A stretch of DNA of 64,000 bases from a virus: IMG/VR virus record IMGVR_UViG_3300021963_000035, positions 1 to 64,000 of that record; one strand, written 5' to 3'. The notes under the pieces were generated by a model, which saw nothing but the letters and a program-made list of their open reading frames with translations, was not told the DNA's origin and did not search any database. Positions 49,818-57,809 of this stretch are shown piece after piece (position 1 is the stretch's first letter; each line of letters starts with the position of its first letter). The position numbers were made by a program, and so were the translations under genes.

Positions 49818-51595
49818 TTAAAATAAAAAATTTAACTGTAAAAAACTTTATGAGTGTGGGTAATCAAACCCAGGCTGTAGATTTTGACAAAGGATCGTTA
49901 ACACTAGTATTAGGTGAGAATCTAGATCTAGGCGGAGACGGCACTGGTGCTAGGAACGGAACCGGTAAGACTACTATAGTAAATGCGTTGAGTTATGCGA
50001 TTTACGGCAATGCCCTAACAAATATTAAAAAAGATAATCTGATCAACAAAATCAACAATAAAAATATGTTGGTCACTGTTAGCTTTGATAAAAACGGTGT
50101 AGAGTATCACATTGAACGCGGTCGCAAACCTAACTTATTAAAACTTAGCATTAACGGTACAGAGTTACAGCCCATAGAACAAGACGAAAGCCAGGGCGAT
50201 TCTAGAGAAACACAAAAAGAAATAGAATCAGTATTCGGTATGACTCACGATATGTTCAAGCATCTCGTGGCTCTTAACACTTATACAGAACCGTTCCTGT
50301 CAATGAAAGCAGGTGATCAACGTGCAATCATTGAACAACTGCTGGGCATTACTATACTATCTGAAAAAGCAGATGCTTTAAAAGAAGGTATCAAGTTAAA
50401 CAAAGAATTAATTACTCAAGAAAATACAAAAATTGAAACTATTAAAGCGTCTAATGCTAGAATACAGCAAAGTATTGATGCATTAGAGCGTAAACAAACA
50501 TTGTGGTTACAGACCAAAGATGATACTGTAAGCAAATTAGAAAAAGACATCAAAGCATTGCAGCTTATAGACATTGATCTTGAAATTAACAATCAGAAGT
50601 TGTTAACTGATTGGAACAAGAACAAGAAAGAAATCGATAACCTAAACAGCCTATTGGCAAAACAGATAACAGCATTAGAAAAAGAACAACGGATCTTAGA
50701 CAAATTAAACAAGGAATTAGAATCTCTTGCAGAGCACAAGTGCCATAGCTGTGGGCAAGACCTTCACGACAGCAAACATCAGGAAATGATGGATGCTAAA
50801 CAGGCGCAGATACAAGAAAGTCTCAATAATGTAACTGCACATCAAGAAGAAATTACTGTGTTCAAAGAAGCATTAACTTTGCTAGGAGAACTAGGACCTT
50901 GTCCTAATGTAGTATATGACAGTTTAGAACAGGCTCTTAATCATAGAAACACATTAAGCAACTTAGAAAAAAATCTTGAAACTAAGAAAACAGAAAAAGA
51001 TCCATATCAGGATCAGATCGATGAATTAAAAAACACCGCTGTGCAGAACATTAACTGGAATAACATCAATGAACTAACAAAGATTAAAGATCATCAAGAG
51101 TTTTTATTAAAATTATTAACTAACAAAGATAGTTTTATTAGGAAACGCATCATCGATCAGAATCTAAGCTTCTTAAATGCTAGACTATCGTTCTATCTAG
51201 ATAGAATTGGACTTCCTCACCAGGTTACTTTCCAGAATGACCTATCAGTGTTGATTACACAGCTAGGACAAGATTTAGACTTTGACAATCTAAGTCGCGG
51301 AGAGCGCAATAGATTGATTCTAAGTCTAAGTTGGGCTTTCCGCGATGTGTGGGAAAATCTATATCAGAACATTAATTTGTTGTTTATTGATGAACTAGTT
51401 GATTCCGGAATGGATTCTAGTGGTGTTGAGAGTGCAATAGCTGTATTAAAGAAGATGACTAGAGAGCGTAATAAGAACGTTTTCCTGATCAGTCACCGGG
51501 ATGATCTAACTAATCGGGTCAATCAGGTACTACGTGTTATCAAAGAAAACGGCTTTACATCATATGCAACGGATGTGGATATTGTAGACAAATGA
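49814..51595 (+). CDS. gp46: recombination ATPase subunit (gp46 / Rad50 / SbcC-like)
   Basis: KNFMSVG, Walker A RNGTGKTT, zinc hook CHSC, signature LSRGE, Walker B LFIDE and H-loop ISHR. Confidence 0.92.
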   Translation: MIKIKNLTVKNFMSVGNQTQAVDFDKGSLTLVLGENLDLGGDGTGARNGTGKTTIVNALSYAIYGNALTNIKKDNLINKINNKNMLVTVSFDKNGVEYHIERGRKPNLLKLSINGTELQPIEQDESQGDSRETQKEIESVFGMTHDMFKHLVALNTYTEPFLSMKAGDQRAIIEQLLGITILSEKADALKEGIKLNKELITQENTKIETIKASNARIQQSIDALERKQTLWLQTKDDTVSKLEKDIKALQLIDIDLEINNQKLLTDWNKNKKEIDNLNSLLAKQITALEKEQRILDKLNKELESLAEHKCHSCGQDLHDSKHQEMMDAKQAQIQESLNNVTAHQEEITVFKEALTLLGELGPCPNVVYDSLEQALNHRNTLSNLEKNLETKKTEKDPYQDQIDELKNTAVQNINWNNINELTKIKDHQEFLLKLLTNKDSFIRKRIIDQNLSFLNARLSFYLDRIGLPHQVTFQNDLSVLITQLGQDLDFDNLSRGERNRLILSLSWAFRDVWENLYQNINLLFIDELVDSGMDSSGVESAIAVLKKMTRERNKNVFLISHRDDLTNRVNQVLRVIKENGFTSYATDVDIVDK

Positions 51596-51831
51596 GCTAC
51601 GAAGCACATGATCGATTGATCAAGGCCTTTCAGGAATACTTTAAGGCCAAAATGAAATTTGACAAAGAAAATTCAGACAAAGGCGGCATAGAGGCAAGAT
51701 TTTGGCTATCAGAAATACGTAACGAGGCAAGCGACTTAAGAATAGAAATTCAAAAAGACAGAAAAGAACGCAGAAAGGCTAGATTAGGCAAAAACGGCAG
51801 GCCAAGAAAGGACGGCACGATTAGAGATTAG
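51592..51831 (+). CDS. small basic DNA-binding protein (Hc1-like helix + AT-hook-like GRPRK)
   Basis: 79 aa. KF...GIEARFWLSEIRNEASDLRIEIQ resembles the histone-H1-like Hc1 pattern, and the C-terminus carries KNGRPRK. Confidence 0.5.
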   Translation: MSYEAHDRLIKAFQEYFKAKMKFDKENSDKGGIEARFWLSEIRNEASDLRIEIQKDRKERRKARLGKNGRPRKDGTIRD

Positions 51832-51845
51832 AACTAAAATAGTAA

Positions 51846-52280
51846 ATGCAGTGGACATATCAGAATACACTTGTGGAAGAATTGCCGGAAGATTGTATAG
51901 GATTCGTCTATCTGATCACCAATCTAATCACTGGACGCAAATACATAGGCAAAAAACTGGCACAGTTTAAACGCACAAAACCACCACTCAAAGGCAAAAA
52001 ACTTAAAAGACGCAGCACTGTAGAAAGCGATTGGCGCGAATATTGGGGCTCATCTGATAAGTTACAAGCAGATGTACAAACACTAGGTCCAGAAAAATTC
52101 ACCAGAGAAATACTTTATTACTGCAAAAGCAAGGCTGAAATGAGCTATCTTGAGGCTAGAGAACAGTTTGAACGTAAGGTTTTGGAAACAGACGAGTACT
52201 ATAATGGCATTATTAATGTCAGAGTAGGCGGTTCAAACATACTTAGGCAACGTCTAGAAGAACATAAAAAGGCAAAATAA
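51846..52280 (+). CDS. minimal GIY-YIG endonuclease (Seg-like catalytic domain only)
   Basis: GFVYLITNLITGRKYIGKK (GIY-YIG), YWGSS, FTREIL, catalytic-type LEAREQ and YYN. Only 144 aa. Confidence 0.85.
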   Translation: MQWTYQNTLVEELPEDCIGFVYLITNLITGRKYIGKKLAQFKRTKPPLKGKKLKRRSTVESDWREYWGSSDKLQADVQTLGPEKFTREILYYCKSKAEMSYLEAREQFERKVLETDEYYNGIINVRVGGSNILRQRLEEHKKAK

Positions 52281-52640
52281 CGCGGTTTAGGGCTTGCGCA
52301 GGCCAATGTCGTGCGCCTATGATAAGGGGTTTAACTACGCCCGGACGGAAATCTCTCGCCGCAAAGAGTACTCAACCACTATCCTTAACAGGACGTTAAT
52401 GGCAAAGACCTTGCTGTATGGTTGTTTGGAGAGCGAAATAGGCAAAAAGAGGGGAGAAAAACCCCACGTCTACATAGATGATAGCAGATTTATGTAGGCC
52501 GCCGTTGTAATAAGACGGAGCTCGAGGTACCGGACAACCGCCTCTGTAACGCTCTACTGCTGTGTGACATTGTGCAACTCGGATAATGTTATCTTTGCCC
52601 GGCCTGGGCAAAGTGTGACTGAACAATCTGGATAATATTA
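52281..52640 (+). ncRNA. putative large structured non-coding RNA directly downstream of GIY-YIG gene
   Basis: GC-rich non-coding island with at least 10 helices, including a three-way junction closed by CAACCA (52373-78) / TGGTTG (52419-24) and a nested GGAGC...GAGG...CGG-ACAA-CCG-CCTC...GCTCT stem (52517-52555). The strand is inferred from G-U-compatible pairs and co-orientation. Confidence 0.6.
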
Positions 52641-52641
52641 A

Positions 52642-52737
52642 TAGTGCTTCGCACTAATTATTCTCTACTATTAAAAAGAAGATAAATGTGTTTGAGCGAA
52701 GCGAAAAACACAGATGAGCGTAGCTCATCTTCGAAGA
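52642..52737. repeat. cluster of GC-GNA-GC mini-hairpins / palindromes
   Basis: TAGTGC-TTC-GCACTA (52642-56; GCGAAGC on the minus strand), GCGAAGC inside TGTGTTT/AAACACA (52687-52712), AGATGAGC-GTA-GCTCATCT (52712-30) and TCTTCGAAGA (52728-37). Confidence 0.75.
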
Positions 52738-52743
52738 ATGAAA

Positions 52744-52750
52744 ATAAATA
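52744..52750 (+). promoter_or_regulatory. late promoter motif ATAAATA
   Basis: Lies 25 nt upstream of the ATG at 52776, with an AGGA SD. Confidence 0.55.
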
Positions 52751-52775
52751 ATATATCTGTTTTAGGAATAATAAC

Positions 52776-54005
52776 ATGCGAATAACTGATGTCCTCGTCG
52801 AAACGAATACAAATGCCAAGTCACGATTAGATGAAAAACCAATGGGGATCCTAAGTAAATTAGGAAACAAAGCCCTTTCTAAGTTGGGTAGTGGTCGTGC
52901 TGCTGGTCGCCTAAGCACTGGTGATCTAGCTAACAAAATACACAAAGAATATGATACCTATCTAGGTAAAACAGGACAAGAGCCTAGCAAAGAATCTGTA
53001 TTGGCTTTCCTACAATTCAAGGGATATCCTACGCAAGGCGCAGAAAAGATCCTAAACAGTCCCGAAGCACAAGGTCAAGCACCTACTGGACCACTAGGCA
53101 AGGGTAGTCCTGGTGCTGCTCGTCCAGGTGCTGGTAAAGCCAGTGCTGCTCCTGGCGCAGATAAGATTGAACCTAAAATGGGAGATGAGCCGGCAGGTGA
53201 TGCAACAGCTCCAACTGATGGTAAGACAGAACCAACAATGGGGGCAGAAAAACCTAATTTTAGTACAGGTCCTCAACCTACAATGAAAGGTGCAGACGGT
53301 AAAGCATTACCAACAGGTATTCCTAGTACAACAGATCCACTAGCAGCTATACGTAAAAATGCAGGACTACCTCCTGCTGCTGATAAACCTGCTGCACCGG
53401 CAGCAGATGTTCCAGGTGCTCCACCAGGAGATGACAAGAAAGCTGCTGCTAAATCACGTATCGATCAGATGAAAAAAGATAAAGCAGCAGGTACTGGATT
53501 CGGAGGCTTTGTTAAAGGTGCTAAGGCCAAAGGTCTAGTAACGGCAGGTATGTATGAAGCAACAGCTATTCCTAGCTCTGTGATAGACAAAGCTCTGTTA
53601 AAGGCTGCACAAGATGCAGAACGCATGGGTATTGGTCAAGCATTAGGAGATCCAGAAGACGATCAACAAGGTGCTCCAGCTGGTCCTATGAGCAAAGGCG
53701 GTGCAGGTGGTGGACAACAAGGCGGATTCATGGCCGGGGTCAAACAAGGAATGGGTGGCGGCGCAGCAGGTGATGAAGATCCTGCTAAGGTTAAAGGTAG
53801 TTTGAATATAAATCAGCTGTCGTCTCTGATGCCAGGTGTTGACCCTAGACAACTACAACAGGCTGTAGCACGTATTAAAGCTGGTCAAGAGCCAAGTCGT
53901 ATGCATATGCAGACATTGGCACAGGCATTTACTGCTATTGTGCAAGCTGATCCACAGACTACACAACAGATCATGATGCTACTCAAGCGTGTAAGTGCTG
54001 CTTAA
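52776..54005 (+). CDS. low-complexity (Pro/Ala/Gly-rich) probable internal virion protein
   Basis: 409 aa. N-terminal MRITDVLVE...RLDE with L-x-E sites, long disordered central region, late promoter upstream. Confidence 0.6.
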   Translation: MRITDVLVETNTNAKSRLDEKPMGILSKLGNKALSKLGSGRAAGRLSTGDLANKIHKEYDTYLGKTGQEPSKESVLAFLQFKGYPTQGAEKILNSPEAQGQAPTGPLGKGSPGAARPGAGKASAAPGADKIEPKMGDEPAGDATAPTDGKTEPTMGAEKPNFSTGPQPTMKGADGKALPTGIPSTTDPLAAIRKNAGLPPAADKPAAPAADVPGAPPGDDKKAAAKSRIDQMKKDKAAGTGFGGFVKGAKAKGLVTAGMYEATAIPSSVIDKALLKAAQDAERMGIGQALGDPEDDQQGAPAGPMSKGGAGGGQQGGFMAGVKQGMGGGAAGDEDPAKVKGSLNINQLSSLMPGVDPRQLQQAVARIKAGQEPSRMHMQTLAQAFTAIVQADPQTTQQIMMLLKRVSAA

Positions 54006-54175
54006 AAGAAAGGTAATCCTGTCTTTTTAGTAGTTTCGAGATTTTCTTTTATGATCTCAGCCACGAGTAAACGTTCTTCCTGGCTGAGCATCATGGCTTC
54101 GGAATAGCTCATTCCTCGCATATACCAACACATTTTAAGAACTTCTTTCTTAATACCCAGAGCCTCTTTATCCAT
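54002..54175 (-). CDS. gp51-like small tail/baseplate assembly chaperone ORF (57 aa; probably also the -1 frameshift extension of the upstream gene)
   Basis: Not in the ORF track (<60 aa). Translates as MDKEALGIKKEVLKMCWYMRGMSYSEAMMLSQEERLLVAEIIKENLETTKKTGLPFF*. The frame stays open upstream through the TTTTTTC heptamer at 54235-54229. Confidence 0.75.
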   Translation of the reverse strand: MDKEALGIKKEVLKMCWYMRGMSYSEAMMLSQEERLLVAEIIKENLETTKKTGLPFF

Positions 54176-54213
54176 CTGCTCTACTATCTGTAAGATCTCC
54201 GACTCTGGTAGTG

Positions 54214-55092
54214 TTAAGATCTTACGGCGAAAAAATTTGATTGATCCATCACGATAGGAGTGCTAAAGAGATGCTCGCATTCTGGACATTTTACTTTTTG
54301 AGGTTTAAGTTCTACTTGTTCTTTAATACCAGTGATGTGTTTGTGTATAGTATCAAATACATTACTTGGAGCATTGTCGATAAATTCTTTAATCATTTTC
54401 TGATCGCTCACAGGACCGGTAGGTGTTTCTATTCTTGCAATGCATCCCGAGATAAGATTAACAGTGTACTCAGTTAATCTAACAAAGCCTTTGCCAAACT
54501 TGTCCATTTTTTCTTCGTCGGTAAGTTTGTCATCTGTGGCAATGTCAACTAATTTTTGCTGTTCTAAAGTTTGTAATTGTGCTTTAGAAAGTTCTTGATA
54601 GCTGTATGGTCTAATGATTACTTTCAATGGATCGACAGCAATGGTATTTTGATATTTAAAATTTTCAAAAGTTTCTAACCAACCTCGTAGATTCATTTCG
54701 TAGTCACTGGTTGTATCACAGCTTGGACAGGTAACAGTAATATCCATGTTCTCACCGTAAGTGGCTAACCTAATAGCAATTAACGCACAGTCTACATCGA
54801 TACTAGGCATCTTCCAAGGATCTAATATAGCTGGCATACAGCTTTTGATAATTTCAACAGTGGTCTGACCGGTTAACAATGCATCCGGAGTTTTAAATAA
54901 CAATTCGTCTTTAGCAGTCATAGCATATACAGGGTACTCGCCGTTAGTACTTCTGTCAATAGTACCCGGAGGATAATACTCGCCGTTTGATGGCAATTTA
55001 ATCCAAATTTTTGGTTGTCTAAAATACTGACTTAGTGGGTTACTATTTGATTTGACTGTTTGTGTAGCTTCATTTGCAACAAAATCTGACAT
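54214..55092 (-). CDS. gp26: baseplate-hub / tail assembly chaperone (gp26-like)
   Basis: NPLSQYFRQP...LPSNG...MTAKDELLFKTPDALL...IAIRLATYGE, two CxxC motifs (CPSC, CPEC) and C-terminal SNFF. Confidence 0.7.
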   Translation of the reverse strand: MSDFVANEATQTVKSNSNPLSQYFRQPKIWIKLPSNGEYYPPGTIDRSTNGEYPVYAMTAKDELLFKTPDALLTGQTTVEIIKSCMPAILDPWKMPSIDVDCALIAIRLATYGENMDITVTCPSCDTTSDYEMNLRGWLETFENFKYQNTIAVDPLKVIIRPYSYQELSKAQLQTLEQQKLVDIATDDKLTDEEKMDKFGKGFVRLTEYTVNLISGCIARIETPTGPVSDQKMIKEFIDNAPSNVFDTIHKHITGIKEQVELKPQKVKCPECEHLFSTPIVMDQSNFFAVRS

Positions 55093-55102
55093 TATTATCT
55101 CC

Positions 55103-55128
55103 GATAAATACTATGTAGATTATTTATC
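55103..55128. promoter_or_regulatory. face-to-face pair of late promoters (GATAAATA / TATTTATC)
   Basis: Perfect 8-bp inverted repeat with a 10-nt spacer between the divergent chaperone and tape-measure genes. Confidence 0.65.
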
Positions 55129-55154
55129 TACGCATTTTTTAGAAGATTTTAACT

Positions 55155-57794
55155 ATGACTGTACTAGTCGATATTCCTGGAGTTGGTGTTGTAGAAGCTA
55201 GAAACGCTGCTACTGAAGCCACTCTGCGCTCAATTTTAAAAACCATGCAAGGAATCCAGAAAAATACTGGAGGTAGTGGACGCGGAGGTGGTGGCGGAGG
55301 TGGTGGCGGTGCTGCTGAGGGTGCTGCCGGTGCAGGAAAAATGGGCAACGCGGCATTCGCTGCCGGAGTTGCTATAGGAAAATTTGCCACTGCTGTAAAG
55401 AGTACAGCAGCAACGATTGATAGATTAGGCACTAGCATGATCAACACCGTTGATAGTTTAGCTAACATGGGAGATAGTGTAACTGGTGCAGCTGGTGCAT
55501 TAGGCGGACTTGTTAGTAAGATACCGGTGGTGGGCGGAATGATGGCTGCGGCATTTACCGCAGTAGCCAGTGCAGTTGAACATACATCAAAATCATTCCA
55601 GGCGGCAACGGCCAGCGGCGCAACGTTTGGCGGCAGTGTTCAACGATTTGGAGCTGCTGCCAGTGCCGCAGGCATGACAATGGATCAGTTTGGCCAACTC
55701 ATCGGAAAAAATGGTGAGGCAATGATGTTGTTAGGTGGTACTACTGAAGACGGGGCCAAACGTTTTGCTGACATCAGTAGGAATTTAAGAACATCTAGTA
55801 AAGAATTATATAACTTAGGCTACAATACTCAAGATGTAAATGAAGGATTAGCAGCTTATACAAAACTAACAAAATTAACTGGCGGAGCTAGTCAAATGAC
55901 CAATGCTCAGTTAGTATCAGGAACCAAACAATACTTAAAAGAATTAGATTTATTAGCCAAGGTTACTGGAGAGAGCAGAAAAGAAATAGAAGCTAGACAG
56001 GCTAAAATAGCTGCCGATGCCAGAGTACAAGCGGCGGTCGGTGCATTAGATCCAAAAGTAGCAAAAGCATTTAATGATACTATTAGTGTATTGCCTAAAT
56101 CTGTCGATGGAGTTACAACCGATCTTATGACAACATTGGTGGGTATGACTCCCGATGCTCAAGCATTTCAAAGCATGATGAGCAATACCGCAGAAGTTAT
56201 GAAAGAATTAGGCGCTAAAGCGCAAGCCGGTGGAGAACTTACCGATGCCGATAGAGAAAGATTAAGAAACACTCTCATTGCAGAAGCAAAAGCCAAAGAA
56301 AACGAAATTAATAATATTGCAAAATATAATCAAGAATTTGGATTTTTGCAACAGGTAGTAACTGATGCTAAAAATTTAGAAAAGAATGGTATTGCTCGTG
56401 CAAGACAAAATCAAACAGATACACAAAATACAACCGATGGAGTAAATGCTAACCTGGTCAGTATGCAACAGCAATTGGCAGAAATGAGTAATTCATTTCA
56501 ATTATTTTTAGCAGGTCAAGGTAAGTTACTAGGCAGCATGATGGAATTGCTGGGGCAATTCGCTGGGTTTGTTCAAAAATATTTGTTACCAATAATACAA
56601 GATTATCTAGTGCCTGCTCTGAAAGCAGTTGCTAAGTTTATTGTCAACTATGTTATACCTGCATTTGAATGGATGATCAAAACTGTTATCAGTTTAGCTA
56701 AACAGGTATATGAATTCCTTACACCTATTTTTGGATACCTTGCAGACCAGATTAAAAAACATGTGATTCCTGCCCTTCTAGAAATTGTGTTGTTTGTTGA
56801 AAGAAATTGGAAACCAATTCTTGCTGCTTTTGCTACTTTTATTGCTGTGTCCGTTGTGCCTCCATTAATAGCATTTGTCGGAGCACTGGCATCATCTCTT
56901 TTAGCTTTTTTACCATTTGTAGCAGTAGGTGCCGCAGTTGTAGCAGCATTTATTTTAATAGACAAAATAATGGATCGATATGGTATAAAAGTGAATATGT
57001 TAACAGATGCATTCAGCTGGTTAAAGCTTAGGATGGAAGACTGGTGGATGTGGATGAAGGAAGGAGTATATAAATTTTTAAATATAATCCCTGGCATGCG
57101 AGGCGATTATGATGAAAAATTAAAAGAAATTAAACAAGAAAGAGAAGGTAATAAAGAAGAACGTGAAAAAATCGAAAAAAAGCTTACAGCTGATGCTCTA
57201 AAAAATAAAGCAGATGCAGAAGCACGTGACAAAGAAATTGACAAATTAGAAAATAAAAGACGAGAAGATCTTAAAAACGGCAATTACGGAAAGGCATTCG
57301 GCTTACCTTCGATCGAAGAAATCAAACGTATGGGCGGTCCTAACTTTGGAGTTCCTGCATACACAGCCCCCGGCGGGGGTGGTGCAGCTGGCGGCGGTGG
57401 CGGCCCCGAAGATTCTAGAACAGGTGAAGACTATAAAGGCGTCAGCGGTTCAATGAGTCCAGACACATTGGCAAGAATGCAATACGGAAGATTAACTGGA
57501 GCCACGCACGAAGAAACACGTAGAGCTATAGAACGACAAGCAGAAGAAAAGAAAGCTGCCAAAGAAAAAGCAGACAAAGAAGCAGAAGAGAAGAAAAAAG
57601 CAGAGGAAAAAGCCAAAGAAGAAGAAAAGAAAAAAGGCAGTCCTCAGAAGTCTGCTGAAGTATTACTAGCAGAATTAAATACTAAGCTAGATGCAAATAA
57701 TCAATTGATGAAAGATTTGGTTCGATTAAATGACGGACAATTAGTTGCTGTAGAAGGTTTAGGTAATGATGCTTTCCGTTATCCTAGATCTTAA
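55155..57794 (+). CDS. tape-measure-like protein
   Basis: 879 aa, Ala/Gly-rich helical, amphipathic repeats, a hydrophobic segment (ILAAFATFIAVSVVPPLIAFVGAL...) and a charged C-terminus. Adjacent to the chaperone pair. Confidence 0.7.
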   Translation: MTVLVDIPGVGVVEARNAATEATLRSILKTMQGIQKNTGGSGRGGGGGGGGGAAEGAAGAGKMGNAAFAAGVAIGKFATAVKSTAATIDRLGTSMINTVDSLANMGDSVTGAAGALGGLVSKIPVVGGMMAAAFTAVASAVEHTSKSFQAATASGATFGGSVQRFGAAASAAGMTMDQFGQLIGKNGEAMMLLGGTTEDGAKRFADISRNLRTSSKELYNLGYNTQDVNEGLAAYTKLTKLTGGASQMTNAQLVSGTKQYLKELDLLAKVTGESRKEIEARQAKIAADARVQAAVGALDPKVAKAFNDTISVLPKSVDGVTTDLMTTLVGMTPDAQAFQSMMSNTAEVMKELGAKAQAGGELTDADRERLRNTLIAEAKAKENEINNIAKYNQEFGFLQQVVTDAKNLEKNGIARARQNQTDTQNTTDGVNANLVSMQQQLAEMSNSFQLFLAGQGKLLGSMMELLGQFAGFVQKYLLPIIQDYLVPALKAVAKFIVNYVIPAFEWMIKTVISLAKQVYEFLTPIFGYLADQIKKHVIPALLEIVLFVERNWKPILAAFATFIAVSVVPPLIAFVGALASSLLAFLPFVAVGAAVVAAFILIDKIMDRYGIKVNMLTDAFSWLKLRMEDWWMWMKEGVYKFLNIIPGMRGDYDEKLKEIKQEREGNKEEREKIEKKLTADALKNKADAEARDKEIDKLENKRREDLKNGNYGKAFGLPSIEEIKRMGGPNFGVPAYTAPGGGGAAGGGGGPEDSRTGEDYKGVSGSMSPDTLARMQYGRLTGATHEETRRAIERQAEEKKAAKEKADKEAEEKKKAEEKAKEEEKKKGSPQKSAEVLLAELNTKLDANNQLMKDLVRLNDGQLVAVEGLGNDAFRYPRS

Positions 57795-57809
57795 TAAATT
57801 GGAAAATTA

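Noticed and set aside
52311-52560. Group II intron: GTGCG at 52311 resembles a 5' splice motif and the GAGC...GCTC stem loosely resembles domain V
   Set aside because: There is no canonical domain V (GNRA-capped 34-nt hairpin with AC bulge) or domain VI, no RT/maturase, and no interrupted gene. It remains only a weak resemblance.
52562-52640. Mini CRISPR array
   Set aside because: Only two imperfect repeat copies, the intervening sequence is itself a hairpin, and no cas genes are in the window.
52281-52740. Group I intron hosting the GIY-YIG gene, or tRNA/tmRNA/RNase P RNA
   Set aside because: Flanking genes are complete, so there are no exons to join. I could not identify P7/catalytic core motifs, a cloverleaf with TTC-GA T-loop and CCA, or RNase P conserved regions. 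An Rfam search is still needed.
52294-52945. Short ORFs 52294..52497 (+), 52396..52626 (-) and 52658..52945 (-)
   Set aside because: No SD, atypical composition, and they overlap the structured element or a real gene on the opposite strand. Likely spurious.
55270-55330. GGT/GGC-rich repeat as a DNA-level element (G-quadruplex or microsatellite)
   Set aside because: Fully explained by a poly-Gly linker in the tape-measure-like protein, with mixed synonymous codons.
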